A stretch of DNA of 64,000 nt from Nanobdellota archaeon (GCA_024654505.1 JANLHN010000003.1:68314-132313), one strand, 5' to 3'. Counted from the first letter of the stretch, positions 10,299 through 19,886 are shown. The notes: a model not told the origin generated them from the sequence alone. Made by a program: numbers and translations.

Positions 10299-10973
10299 TC
10301 AACCTATTCGTTTTATCTCTTCTATTTCTTGGTCTGAGATTGCGGCTCCTTTAAACTTAACCCCATAAAGGAGAGCATCTAGAAGGTCTCTACTTTTTTT
10401 GATTGGAATTAGATTCTTTTTGTATGCAATGTATAAAAGTTCTGGGGACCTGATGAATCTGTGGCGTTTTAATGGCTCCAATAATGAAAGTTCTGCGTCA
10501 AGAGGTGTGTGAAGCTTTTTTTCCATTAGTTTTTCTAAAGTTTGTGGTGCCTCTGTCAGGAGACGCGTTGTTCTTTCGTCGACGACAATTACACTATCAC
10601 ATTTACAAAGATTAGCGAAAGCTAAACAAGAAGCTTCTCCTTCTTGGATAATCTTTATCTTTTCTCCAGTTTGAGTTATTCTTAAAACACCATTAGTTAT
10701 TTTTAGAACGTTCTTTGTTTCTTTGTCTAATTTATCATCTTGAATAATTGATGAAGAAAGTTTTAGGATTCCCCTATCCAAAAAATCTTTTACTTGTATC
10801 GCTTCTAATTTATACTTTGGAATTTTCATCGGACGATCAATTACTTCCCTTTTAACTGAAGGGGTTATGATAAATTCGCCCTTAAAGACTCCCTTTAATT
10901 TTTCTAATACACTAATCATCCCACTCATTGTTAATGAGATTATCGGGCCTGAGTCAAAGATTAGGTATTTCAT
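10299..10973 (-). CDS. hypothetical protein, possibly PIN-like nuclease fold
   Basis: 224 aa. N-terminal LIFDSGPIISL resembles the first acidic strand of PIN domains. Weak call. Confidence 0.3.
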   Translation of the reverse strand: MKYLIFDSGPIISLTMSGMISVLEKLKGVFKGEFIITPSVKREVIDRPMKIPKYKLEAIQVKDFLDRGILKLSSSIIQDDKLDKETKNVLKITNGVLRITQTGEKIKIIQEGEASCLAFANLCKCDSVIVVDERTTRLLTEAPQTLEKLMEKKLHTPLDAELSLLEPLKRHRFIRSPELLYIAYKKNLIPIKKSRDLLDALLYGVKFKGAAISDQEIEEIKRIG

Positions 10974-11401
10974 AATATCTTAGTGTAGTAGACAAATTTA
11001 TTTCCTTTTTTATAATTTCTTTGAGCAAGTATTCTTTTTATTCGCGTATTTTCGATTTCTGTCATTGCTTCAATAATTTTTATTTTCTTTCTCTTAACAT
11101 CATTTTCGGCCATATCAAACATCGCCCTACCAATTCCTTGGTTACGATAGTCTTTTCTTACAACTGTTGTATGAAGGTAAACATAATCAATATAATACTC
11201 TACAAGCATACATCCCACAATTTTTTTCCCATCAAGTGCAATATAAAATTTATTGGTTTTTCTTCCAAGATAGTCTTTGATATTCTCCAAATCATATTCA
11301 ACCCCCTTCATTCCTTTGAGGTATTTTTCTCCCATATAAAGCTTTAATATTTCTTTCGCATCTTTCTTCTTTGCCAAAACAATTCTTATTTCTATCTTCA
11401 T
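10970..11401 (-). CDS. GNAT-family N-acetyltransferase
   Basis: 143 aa. Motif A RNQGIGRAMF (Q/R-x-x-G-x-G/A). Confidence 0.7.
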   Translation of the reverse strand: MKIEIRIVLAKKKDAKEILKLYMGEKYLKGMKGVEYDLENIKDYLGRKTNKFYIALDGKKIVGCMLVEYYIDYVYLHTTVVRKDYRNQGIGRAMFDMAENDVKRKKIKIIEAMTEIENTRIKRILAQRNYKKGNKFVYYTKIL

Positions 11402-12030
11402 TTAAAAATATCTTCAGCTATTTTAATTCTTCTTCTAACTGGCATACTAACAGAGGCTTTTGCGTTACTTATTGTAGATTGGCCGATATAAGACGCCATA
11501 TCCCAAAGACTTACGCCAAGAAGTGAGGCTGTTTGTTCTGAAGAGAGGCCATGCTCATATAATTTGAACGCTTTATTTATTTCAGCTTTTCTAAATACAT
11601 CCTTAATATACATCCCTAAATCTCCCGAAATTTTATTTAGTGAATCCCTAATTCTTCCTAAATAAAGTCTTGTTCCTTCAATATCCTCTTTTTCAAGAGC
11701 GGCAACGGCCGCATCTAAATTCTTTGTCATAGCTGCATGGAATTCTTTCCACCCCTCCATTTTTTCATAATGTTTTCTTTCCAACACTTTTCCTAATGAG
11801 TAAACTAAAACAGCTACAATAATATTATCAGGGTCTTGAGAAATTGTTGCGGAGTGGATTGTTTGATTTGATAAGTTCTTTAATTCATCAGAATTATCAC
11901 TGGCTACAAACTTCTTTGTTTCCCTCAAAATCCGAAGGATGTTTGGTACCTCTTCCATATATTTTTTAGGGAGGGAAGTTATATAAATCTTCGCCACATT
12001 TGAGTAATATGAATATATTGTTAGATACAA
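11398..12030 (-). CDS. hypothetical protein with C-terminal HTH-like segment
   Basis: 210 aa. The annotated 5' end overlaps the divergent PIN gene, so the true start is likely the internal Met near 11958. C-terminus LSSEQTASLLGVSLWDMASYIG is HTH-like. Confidence 0.3.
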   Translation of the reverse strand: MYLTIYSYYSNVAKIYITSLPKKYMEEVPNILRILRETKKFVASDNSDELKNLSNQTIHSATISQDPDNIIVAVLVYSLGKVLERKHYEKMEGWKEFHAAMTKNLDAAVAALEKEDIEGTRLYLGRIRDSLNKISGDLGMYIKDVFRKAEINKAFKLYEHGLSSEQTASLLGVSLWDMASYIGQSTISNAKASVSMPVRRRIKIAEDIFK

Positions 12031-12392
12031 ATTTCATTTTGACATGTGCTAGGCAGAAAATTGATTTTGTTAACTTGGCTGAGCAGATGATTAGTGAAAA
12101 GATTGAATGGATTGTTCCGCAAGATGTTCTGAATGAGTTAAAAAAAATAAGGGACAAACGAGAAACTAATTTAAAGGATAGAATGGCTGCAGAAGTTTCT
12201 TTAGAGATATTAGAAAAGTTGAAGCCAAAAGTTATAGAATTAAAAGGAAATAACCCTAACATAGACCAAAAAATAATTGATTATATTTCTGGGAGAGATA
12301 TGGTTTTGGCGACCTTAGACAAAAGCCTTAAATCTAAGATAGACAACAAAGTTCTGACAGTTAGGGGTAAGAAAAGTTTAGAGATTGTCTAA
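12000..12392 (+). CDS. PIN-domain protein (VapC/Fcf1-like nuclease fold)
   Basis: 130 aa. N-terminal ILLDTNFIL acidic motif, typical PIN size. Confidence 0.5.
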   Translation: MSNMNILLDTNFILTCARQKIDFVNLAEQMISEKIEWIVPQDVLNELKKIRDKRETNLKDRMAAEVSLEILEKLKPKVIELKGNNPNIDQKIIDYISGRDMVLATLDKSLKSKIDNKVLTVRGKKSLEIV

Positions 12393-12428
12393 CATAACCT
12401 TTATAAATCGAAATTTTCTTCATGTAAC

Positions 12429-13034
12429 ATGTTCTATGAGGTATTAGTAACGGATCATGTAAGGGTAGAGCCGAACAAGTTCGGTATGGATACTGATGAA
12501 GCTGTAAGGGCTCAACTTGAAGAATCTTATTCTGGTTTTCAAGATAGAGATATTGGAACTGTTGTCGCAGTTTTAGAAGTTATTGAGGTAAAAGAAGGTA
12601 TAATTATTCCTGGGGACGGGGCCGCCTATTATGAATCTACATTTAAATTAATTGTTTTTAAACCAGAATTACAAGAAGTTGTTTATGGAGTCATAGAGGA
12701 AATAACTAATTTTGGTGCTTTCATAAATATGGGTCCAATTATGGGTATGATTCATATTTCACAAACAATGGATGATTTTGTCTCTTTTTCTGATACTGGT
12801 ATTTTGAGTGGAAAAGATGGAAAGAAGACGCTTGTTGCTGGAGACAAATGTATGGCTAGAATAGTCGCTATTTCCTATAAAGGTGAAGAGCCAAAGATTG
12901 GGCTTACTATGAGGCAACACGGTTTGGGAAAACTCGATTGGATTAAGGTGGATAGAGAGGTTGCAAAGAAAAGAGCAAAGGTAGATATAGCAAAGGAAAC
13001 TAAGGCAACTAAAACTAAAGGGAAGAAGAAATAA
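12429..13034 (+). CDS. rpo7: DNA-directed RNA polymerase subunit E' (Rpo7) with S1 domain
   Basis: 201 aa. N-terminus MFYEVLVTDHVRVEPNKFG matches Rpo7/RpoE'. First gene of the conserved archaeal rpoE'-spt4-S24e-S27ae cluster. Confidence 0.8.
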   Translation: MFYEVLVTDHVRVEPNKFGMDTDEAVRAQLEESYSGFQDRDIGTVVAVLEVIEVKEGIIIPGDGAAYYESTFKLIVFKPELQEVVYGVIEEITNFGAFINMGPIMGMIHISQTMDDFVSFSDTGILSGKDGKKTLVAGDKCMARIVAISYKGEEPKIGLTMRQHGLGKLDWIKVDREVAKKRAKVDIAKETKATKTKGKKK

Positions 13035-13225
13035 TGGTATCTAAAGACAAGGCATGTTTGAATTGTAGATCAATTTATTTTGGAGACAAATGCCTTAATT
13101 GTGGAGAAACTCCTGCAAGTGAAACATTTAAGGGGAGAATTCATGTATTTAATTCTGAAAAATCTGAGATGGCAGATAATATGGGTTTGAGAAGCGAAGG
13201 AGAATTTGCGATAAAATCAAAATGA
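13034..13225 (+). CDS. spt4: transcription elongation factor Spt4 / RNAP subunit E''
   Basis: 63 aa. Zinc ribbon C-x2-C...C-x2-C (CLNCRS...CLNCGE). Start overlaps the Rpo7 stop. Confidence 0.7.
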   Translation: MVSKDKACLNCRSIYFGDKCLNCGETPASETFKGRIHVFNSEKSEMADNMGLRSEGEFAIKSK

Positions 13226-13590
13226 AAACACAAATAATCAGCCAAGAAAAAAACCCCTTTTTGAATAGGGAAGAAATTGTCTTAGGAATTACTTCAGAGA
13301 TAACTCCTAATGTGGATTCTATTAAAGAGGCTATCGGAAAGGATAAAGATTTAATAGTAGTAAAAAGGGTAAACTCAAATTTTGGAAGACAAACATTTAC
13401 CGCAAATATCTTTGTGTATGACTCTAAAGAGTCTAAAGATAAAGTAGAGACAATTCCTCAAAAAGTTAGAATAAAAATGGCAAAGGATAAAAAAGAAGCC
13501 GAAGAGGTTGCTAAGAAGGAAGCCGAAGCGAAAGCTGCTGAAGATGCTGCAAATGAAACAAAAGTTGAAGAGGTAAAAGATGGCGATTAA
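13222..13590 (+). CDS. rps24e: 30S ribosomal protein S24e
   Basis: 122 aa. NPFLNREEIVLGI...VKRVNSNFGRQTFTANIFVYDS pattern of S24e. Acidic/Lys-rich tail. Confidence 0.85.
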   Translation: MKTQIISQEKNPFLNREEIVLGITSEITPNVDSIKEAIGKDKDLIVVKRVNSNFGRQTFTANIFVYDSKESKDKVETIPQKVRIKMAKDKKEAEEVAKKEAEAKAAEDAANETKVEEVKDGD

Positions 13591-13816
13591 ATCTAAGATT
13601 AAGGGAAAAAAGAAACATAAAAATAAGAAAACCTCTGTGAAGTATAAAAAATATACTGTTGAAGGTGAGAAGATTACAAAAAAAGCTAGGAGTTGCCCTA
13701 GATGTGGTCCTGGAGTATTCTTATCTGTTGGAAAAGGAAGATCTTATTGTGGAAGATGTCACTTTACCGAATTTGAAAAAAGAAATATTGAGCCCAAATT
13801 AGAGCTCAAGAAATAA
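13580..13816 (+). CDS. rps27ae: 30S ribosomal protein S27ae
   Basis: 78 aa. Basic N-terminus plus C4 zinc ribbon CPRCG...CGRC. Confidence 0.85.
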   Translation: MAIKSKIKGKKKHKNKKTSVKYKKYTVEGEKITKKARSCPRCGPGVFLSVGKGRSYCGRCHFTEFEKRNIEPKLELKK

Positions 13817-14043
13817 TTCCCTAATACTTCTACCGGGTTCTGCCCACATCTATTTCGTTTTAATCCTGAATCTATTGCCCTAAGCGTATTGCTTATCATG
13901 GTCTTAAATAAATTTGGATAGAAATAATGTGAGCTAGATAATCCGGAGACTTATTTGAGTATTATATAAGTATCTTAATCTGTGAGACTATTTAAATGTG
14001 TGTAAGCGGTGCTTACTACAAAAATTTAAAAAATAAAAGTAAA

Positions 14044-14235
14044 TTATCTCTTTCCTATCTTTATTAATAATACACCCATTATTAACACTGCCCAACTTAT
14101 TGGACTAGTACTAAATCTAAGGGTGTCTCCAGAGTAACTTATTGTCTCTAAAAGAAATAAGATTACTACAAGCCAACCACTCCAAAGCTGATATCTTGAG
14201 AGATTATCTGAAGATTGTTTTTTAGCCATTTTCAC
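14044..14235 (-). CDS. small hydrophobic hypothetical protein
   Basis: 63 aa with one or two TM helices. Weak. Confidence 0.25.
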   Translation of the reverse strand: MKMAKKQSSDNLSRYQLWSGWLVVILFLLETISYSGDTLRFSTSPISWAVLIMGVLLIKIGKR

Positions 14236-14560
14236 CTCCTAAGAAAACTAATATAAGGAGATATTTAAGTGTTTTTAAAAGAGAAAGGGGGTGAGAAGAG
14301 CCCCAGAATTTTTGTAATGGTTATTTCCATCAATTTTTTAATGCCTTGAACGCAAAGCGTTCATCTTAGGTCTTATATAATATAACCCTAGGAGATGCGA
14401 TAAAGCGATCAAAATAGTTGCCTTACCGCTCTCTCCTGGGGAAAAAGAGGTGATAATATAGATAGGTACCCCTCCTTTTTAAACTTTTCTATCTGTTGTA
14501 ATTGGCAAGTGACATCAGTATACTAATTACATTTATTAATATGTTATCTTAAGACGGAGA

Positions 14561-15361
14561 ATGGAGAGGGAAGAGAGACTTGGGCAAGACCAGTTCTTTG
14601 ATATGATAACTCGGGATGAGCTTGGTTGGCAGGCAATAATTTATGACTTAATCAAGACCGAACAATTAGATCCATGGGATATTGATATTGGGATTTTGGC
14701 CGACAAATATGTAGGAATAATCCAACAATTAGAAGATGCTGATTTTTTTATATCCTCAAAAGTCCTTCTTGCCTGTTCGCTTTTACTTAGATTAAAATCT
14801 GAAATTTTAGTTAATAGTTATATTGTAGATTTAAATGAAGCGCTTTATGGGAGGGTAGAAAAGGAGAAATATGAGCTGGAAAGAATTGAAATTGATGAGA
14901 ACGAGCTCCCAATATTGATTCCCAGGACTCCTATGGCAAGACATAGGAAGGTAACCTTGGAAGAATTGATGAGTGCACTCAATAAGGCGGTCGATACAGA
15001 AAATAGAAGAATAAAAAGAGAAATAAAGGGAAAACAGGCAGCGGAATCTGCCTTGACAGTAATGCCTAAGGGAACCCATATTCCATTAAAAATTAGAGTA
15101 AAAAATATATTTGGGCTTGTTAAATTCCACATGGGGAAGGGGAACGACCATATGAAATTTTCTGAACTTGCACAAGATAGGGAAGAAAAACTCGCCTCTT
15201 TTGTTCCAGTTTTACATTTGGCTAATGATGGGAAGATATTCATTAGACAGCCCATTCATTTTGAAGAGATTCATTTAGGTCTAAAAATGCATCCCGACGA
15301 AGTGAGAGAGTTGGCTGAAGAGATTGGATTGGCTGAGATTAACGAGGAATCTGAAGAATAA
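14561..15361 (+). CDS. scpA: segregation and condensation protein A (kleisin ScpA)
   Basis: 266 aa. N-terminal signature DLIKTEQLDPWDIDIGILADKYV and LLLRLKSEIL match ScpA. Confidence 0.7.
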   Translation: MEREERLGQDQFFDMITRDELGWQAIIYDLIKTEQLDPWDIDIGILADKYVGIIQQLEDADFFISSKVLLACSLLLRLKSEILVNSYIVDLNEALYGRVEKEKYELERIEIDENELPILIPRTPMARHRKVTLEELMSALNKAVDTENRRIKREIKGKQAAESALTVMPKGTHIPLKIRVKNIFGLVKFHMGKGNDHMKFSELAQDREEKLASFVPVLHLANDGKIFIRQPIHFEEIHLGLKMHPDEVRELAEEIGLAEINEESEE

Positions 15362-15737
15362 GAATACTTTTAAAGGAGACTTATCAGATTGTTTGATGAT
15401 AGAAAATACTCAAGGGGTTGGAGATTTGAATGAAGGACCTTTTTCCTTAGAAGAACCTTTTCTTTTAGATGGGCTTTACGAATCGACGGGACCTGGATTA
15501 GAGAGGTTTGGATATCAAGGAGGTCATTTTTCAAGAAGAATTGTTTCGTCAAGAACTAAATATAGAATTGAGAGAGGAGGAAGATTGATTTCTGTAGGGG
15601 AAGAGACAGAACGATTCCAATTAGTTAAGGTTTATAGACTTCCTGGAGACGAAAATCCAAGAGTTATTTATCATAGACCTATAGGGCATTTTCTTATAGG
15701 TTCCTCTGGTCCTTTAGTTGAAGTAGATGGAAGATGA
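15324..15737 (+). CDS. small hypothetical protein, member of a tandem paralog cluster (beta-blade/NHL-like motif)
   Basis: C-terminal IGHFLIGSSGPLVEV recurs in the next three ORFs. Start likely internal (MIENTQG...) because the 5' end overlaps scpA. Confidence 0.3.
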   Translation: MDWLRLTRNLKNKNTFKGDLSDCLMIENTQGVGDLNEGPFSLEEPFLLDGLYESTGPGLERFGYQGGHFSRRIVSSRTKYRIERGGRLISVGEETERFQLVKVYRLPGDENPRVIYHRPIGHFLIGSSGPLVEVDGR

Positions 15738-15996
15738 CACCTTATTGAGGCCCGGAAGATTCCAAGGAGAAACTGGTTCTATATATTATCTCGATGGTGG
15801 GGTGGTTTATAGAGAAAAGATGAAGAGGTTTGGTCATTTGACATTTTTAGGTGCAGATCCGATGCCACATGCAGGGATTGTTTTAAACAAAAAAGGTATT
15901 AGGCTTTATGAAACTGGCACAGATGAAATGGTGAGATTGGTAGATAAATTAACACGGATTATAGGGGATGCTCCTACAAAGGAATCTAAAGATTAA
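15727..15996 (+). CDS. small hypothetical protein, tandem paralog 2
   Basis: 89 aa. GSIYYLDGGVVYRE...FGHLTFLGADPMP is similar to neighbouring ORFs. Confidence 0.35.
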   Translation: MEDDTLLRPGRFQGETGSIYYLDGGVVYREKMKRFGHLTFLGADPMPHAGIVLNKKGIRLYETGTDEMVRLVDKLTRIIGDAPTKESKD

Positions 15997-16005
15997 AAGT
16001 TTATA

Positions 16006-16209
16006 ATGGAATTTGGAAAATATGTTGATGAAGAAGGAATAACCTATGATTATAGTTCTTGGGGTTCTGTAACTTTTAATGGACATAAAGCCGTCTTAAC
16101 ATTTGTAGAGAAGGATGTATTTCACTTCATTAATCCAGACGGGGAGAGAGAAAGAAGTTCAGGAAGATTAACTAAAATTGTTGAAGAAGAAGCAGAACCA
16201 TCTCCTTAA
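16006..16209 (+). CDS. small hypothetical protein, tandem paralog 3
   Basis: 67 aa. N-terminus MEFGKYVDEEGITY parallels paralog 4 (GKYVDGNSTIY). Has its own ATG after a TATA-like tttata. Confidence 0.35.
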   Translation: MEFGKYVDEEGITYDYSSWGSVTFNGHKAVLTFVEKDVFHFINPDGERERSSGRLTKIVEEEAEPSP

Positions 16210-16241
16210 TTAAATTTGGGGAAAGTTTTTTAAATGGTGTT

Positions 16242-16532
16242 TTGTACCTTTTTGAAATAGTTTTTATTTATAAAATGGTTAGTAGAAATGAAGGAAAGTA
16301 TGTGGATGGTAATTCTACCATATATGTTTGTATAAGCAATCACTGGTATAGACATGTCCCTTCTGATAAAACACCAAGGGGAAGATTAGAACATCTTAAA
16401 GATGCAGTGTATGTGGGCTCTGGAAGAAATAGAGATATTTTAATTGGTCCAAATGAGAATGGAATGCCTATAGTTCATGCAGAAGGATTGACAAAAATTA
16501 GCCAAGATTGGAGAGAACTGTCTTTTCGTTAA
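16242..16532 (+). CDS. small hypothetical protein, tandem paralog 4 (NHL-repeat-like motif YVGSGRNRDILIG)
   Basis: 96-aa ORF whose likely start is the internal Met (MVSRNEGKYVDG...), preceded by an AT-rich promoter-like stretch. AVYVGSGRNRDILIGPNENG resembles a beta-propeller blade. Confidence 0.35.
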   Translation: MYLFEIVFIYKMVSRNEGKYVDGNSTIYVCISNHWYRHVPSDKTPRGRLEHLKDAVYVGSGRNRDILIGPNENGMPIVHAEGLTKISQDWRELSFR

Positions 16533-17661
16533 CTAATTCTTCTTTACCAGTCTTCATGTCTTTTAACTTAATTTTATTCTTTTTGACTTCATCTGCGCCA
16601 ATAATTATAACATAGGGAATCTTTTTTGAATTTGCATATTCCATTGCTTTTCCAATTGTTTTGTCAAGAATTAAATTAACCGATATATTCTTTTCTCGTA
16701 GGTTTTTTGTTAGTCTAATTGCTTCTGCATCTTGGTCAATTGAGATTATTTGGACTTTTGTAGAATCTCCTTGAATGTTTGAGAGAACGGCCATCCTATC
16801 TAAACCAAATGCAAAACCAAATGATTGGACATTCCCTGTTAAATAAGCCCCTCCAGCACAAATTGTTTCCTTCATTTCTTTTGTTCTAACCTCTAGAATT
16901 GTTCCGTTATAATAAGAAAGTCCTCTGGCCAGTGTAGGTGAAAATTCTATTTTAATCCCATAATCATTACAACGTTTCTTTAATTCTTTTATTTCTTTAT
17001 AAAAATTATATTTCTCAAAGGCTTTTTCTCCTTGATCAAATACTTTCAAAATTCTTTCAGCCCCAAGATTTTTTAAATTGTCTGCAACTTCTTTTTTAGG
17101 AAGTTTGTCTAACTTATCCAGTTCTTTGATAACTTGTTCTCTTTTCCTTTCTTCAATATTTTCAGAAACCATTATTTCATTAAGGAGTCTGCGATTATTG
17201 AAGTAAATAACTGGTTTTATACCTAGCTTATCAAATATATTCTTAATTAAAGAGAAAATTTCTGCTTCATCTTTTTGAGAGCTTCCAATTACATCTGCGT
17301 CACATTGGGTAAATTGCCTAAACCTATTTGTTGAAACGGGTTCATCTCTAAAGACCGGCCCCATTTGATATCTTTTGTAGGGAAGTTTTTGATTTTGAGC
17401 GATTCTTTTTAGTTGGAATGTGAATTCGTATCTAAGGGCTAATTTTCTTTTTCCACGGTCTTCTAGTTTGAATATTGAAGAAACAGCCTCGTCATTAGTA
17501 TTCTCTCCCCTAACAAACTCTTCAGATTCAATTACTGGCGTTTCCGCAGGCTCGAAACCATAAAGTTTGAAAGAATCTTCTATGATTGACCTAATCTTCG
17601 CTCTTTTTAGGGCTTCTTCTCCGATGAAATCTCGGAAGCCCTTTATTGTATTGGTGTTCAT
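16498..17661 (-). CDS. hisS: histidyl-tRNA synthetase
   Basis: 387 aa class II aaRS. N-terminal IKGFRDFIGEEALKR and overall HisRS architecture with C-terminal anticodon-binding domain. Confidence 0.85.
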   Translation of the reverse strand: MNTNTIKGFRDFIGEEALKRAKIRSIIEDSFKLYGFEPAETPVIESEEFVRGENTNDEAVSSIFKLEDRGKRKLALRYEFTFQLKRIAQNQKLPYKRYQMGPVFRDEPVSTNRFRQFTQCDADVIGSSQKDEAEIFSLIKNIFDKLGIKPVIYFNNRRLLNEIMVSENIEERKREQVIKELDKLDKLPKKEVADNLKNLGAERILKVFDQGEKAFEKYNFYKEIKELKKRCNDYGIKIEFSPTLARGLSYYNGTILEVRTKEMKETICAGGAYLTGNVQSFGFAFGLDRMAVLSNIQGDSTKVQIISIDQDAEAIRLTKNLREKNISVNLILDKTIGKAMEYANSKKIPYVIIIGADEVKKNKIKLKDMKTGKEELVNEKTVLSNLG

Positions 17662-18101
17662 TTTTTTATCTCCATCTCTTTTACAAATCTTCCAACTTTT
17701 TGGATTATTTGTTGGATACTATTTAGGATTCCTTTGTCATCTCCTTTTGTTCCTTTTACATCAGGAATTTGCCATTTAATTACTTTTAAGTTTGGTTTTA
17801 GATAAAATTTGCCCTTAAAGATATTTGGGACGTCATCAGCTGTAATAATAATTATATCTTGTTTAGATAATAAACTTGTTTTTAGATTTCTTGAACTTCC
17901 CCGAACCATTATCCCAAAGCTTTTTGCAGTCTCCCTTTGTTTCTTTACTAAAATCTTTTCTGGTTTAGTTAAACTATCTGATTTTATTATTCCTGCACTT
18001 TCTGCTTTTATATTTTTATTCTTGTTAATTTTTTTAAAGTAAGCTTCGGCTACCTTACTTCTGAATACATTGTGCTTGCATATAAATAATACGTTTATCA
18101 T
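17658..18101 (-). CDS. low-molecular-weight phosphotyrosine phosphatase / ArsC-like
   Basis: 147 aa. P-loop VLFICKHNVFRS (C-x5-R-S) at the N-terminus. Confidence 0.6.
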   Translation of the reverse strand: MINVLFICKHNVFRSKVAEAYFKKINKNKNIKAESAGIIKSDSLTKPEKILVKKQRETAKSFGIMVRGSSRNLKTSLLSKQDIIIITADDVPNIFKGKFYLKPNLKVIKWQIPDVKGTKGDDKGILNSIQQIIQKVGRFVKEMEIKK

Positions 18102-18925
18102 CTTTTCACCTCCATCTCTTTAGCTATAAGGAAACATTCTTCATTTAAATCTTTTCTGTCTCGAACGAAGATGAGAATATCTCCTCGTTCGGCATAAACC
18201 TCTTTTTCACCCTCTTTCCCTACCAAGGTTTTTTCTTCCATCTTTTCAAAATCTGCAAAATCTCTTGTTTTAATGAATGGAGAGGTTTTATTTTTGTAAA
18301 GAAAAATTATCTTTAGATATTCTTTTTTCTGGGTTGGTTCTATAGTTCCTTCTATGTTCTCTGCTTTGATTAAAAAATTCATTAGGGCTGCTTCTGCCCT
18401 CTTCTCTGATTCTGAATCTCCCAAATATCCTCCCTCAAATCCCATTGCAATTTTATTTTGAAGATTCATCCAATATTCTGTGGAACCCGGTTCAAACCCA
18501 TCCCAATTTGTAGTTATTAATTTACATGGCATCGACTTTGCAAATTCAAGACTTTGTGGTTCACAAACAATAAATGGTTTGGAATCCATACTATTACTAG
18601 CATGTAAATCTAAAAGAAAGTCTGCTTCGTTCAAATAGGGAATTATTTCTCTTGCTGTTTTTGCTTCTAAAGTATTAGACAATTTTTCAGGCAACTCTTT
18701 CATAAATGCTCTGTTGAGATTCATTCCAATAAACCTTTTACCTTCCTTGATTGCTTCTAAGTTAGCATAGATAAAAATAACTTTTCCGTTACTAATCTCT
18801 ATCGTTGTAATTATTCTATCAAATAGTTTGATGTTTCCAACCTCATTGCCATGCACTCCTGCAAGGACTACAGATGTCTTTCCAGGGTTCTTTCCAATTT
18901 TCTCAATTACTTTGATATTATTCAT
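18098..18925 (-). CDS. succinylglutamate desuccinylase/aspartoacylase-family zinc hydrolase
   Basis: 275 aa. VLAGVHGNEVGN zinc-binding motif of the AstE/AspA family. Confidence 0.65.
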   Translation of the reverse strand: MNNIKVIEKIGKNPGKTSVVLAGVHGNEVGNIKLFDRIITTIEISNGKVIFIYANLEAIKEGKRFIGMNLNRAFMKELPEKLSNTLEAKTAREIIPYLNEADFLLDLHASNSMDSKPFIVCEPQSLEFAKSMPCKLITTNWDGFEPGSTEYWMNLQNKIAMGFEGGYLGDSESEKRAEAALMNFLIKAENIEGTIEPTQKKEYLKIIFLYKNKTSPFIKTRDFADFEKMEEKTLVGKEGEKEVYAERGDILIFVRDRKDLNEECFLIAKEMEVKR

Positions 18926-19607
18926 TTTTCATCCCCCCATTATTTTCCCAACAAAACCAAGGGGTTCCATTTTTTGGATCGTTAAAAAGTTTTCTTCCTG
19001 ATCCAAAAGTGGTGTCCATGATTTTTAGCATAGCAGGATTTATAGTCCTATTGCAAATAAAAGAAAAATCATCTTTATCAACTTTCTCAAATCTTCTTGT
19101 TGAGACCAATCTTCCAAGACCCCTTCCTTGGAATTCATCAATCACTCCAGTTTCAGCACAATAAAATGCTCTTTCTGGATTGATTCCTCTTTCTTCAAGC
19201 AAGGGCCTCACTTTTTCGAAATCTACACTTTCTGTTCTTGTTTTAGGAATTTTATATCCCCAACTAAATCCAACTAAACTTCCACAAACATTTACTAGAT
19301 ATCCAACAAATCCAGATAATTGAATTGCTTCATCAATAATCTTTTCTTGATCTACTTTCTCAGGATAATAATCTACTAATCTAAGGGGATTTTCACATGA
19401 AGGGCAATATGTTCCATAATATGGAAGAAAAAAAGTATTTTTTCTTTTGTCTTCTCTTATTCTAGGATTCCCACTAAATTGAGCTTTACACCCAGCCGTA
19501 GAACAGGCCCTATCTTCAAACCACGGCGCACCACTGAAAACACTTTTATAGAGTTCATAACAATCTTGCTTATTATCCTCTGTCAAAGGAACAATGAACA
19601 TAATCAC
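18918..19607 (-). CDS. GNAT-like acetyltransferase with N-terminal Cys-rich segment (probable)
   Basis: 229 aa. AETGVIDEFQGRGLGRLV resembles GNAT motif A. Cys clusters CxxC near the N-terminus. Confidence 0.4.
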   Translation of the reverse strand: MIMFIVPLTEDNKQDCYELYKSVFSGAPWFEDRACSTAGCKAQFSGNPRIREDKRKNTFFLPYYGTYCPSCENPLRLVDYYPEKVDQEKIIDEAIQLSGFVGYLVNVCGSLVGFSWGYKIPKTRTESVDFEKVRPLLEERGINPERAFYCAETGVIDEFQGRGLGRLVSTRRFEKVDKDDFSFICNRTINPAMLKIMDTTFGSGRKLFNDPKNGTPWFCWENNGGMKNE

Positions 19608-19644
19608 AGCGTTTAAGCACTACCATGTTATTCTCCAGAAAAAA

Positions 19645-19886
19645 GGGTGGAAGCCGAGAATCTACTCACAATTTGCATCTCGCAATCAGATAAATCTTGA
19701 AATAAATCTTGATTAGATTGCTCAAAGCGAATTGTTCGCTCGGGCAACGCCCTCCTTCGATTCTTTAATTCAAGGGTGGAAGCCTGTTCGCAAAATGCAT
19801 CTTGGAAAAATCTATTTTCATTTGTTTTCCTCGAAGCGTTTTGCTCAAATCGAACTGTTCGATTCTTTAATTCAAGGGTGGAAGCC
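19645..19886. repeat. direct repeats of the tRNA-His 3' end and trailer (possible att-site remnants)
   Basis: The 27-mer cgattctttaattcaagggtggaagcc occurs at 19758-19784 and again at 19860-19886, where it spans the tRNA 3' end. The 18-mer gggtggaagccgagaatc (tRNA acceptor/T-arm) recurs at 19645-19662. An extended ~65-nt imperfect repeat starts at 19722 and 19841. Confidence 0.6.

Noticed and set aside
15324-16532. Interpretation of the four small ORFs as ScpB or as fragments of one frameshifted gene
   Set aside because: No ScpB-like tandem winged-helix signature. ORFs 3 and 4 each have their own ATG, similar N-termini and AT-rich upstream spacers, favouring separate paralogs over a decayed single gene, although the latter is not fully excluded.
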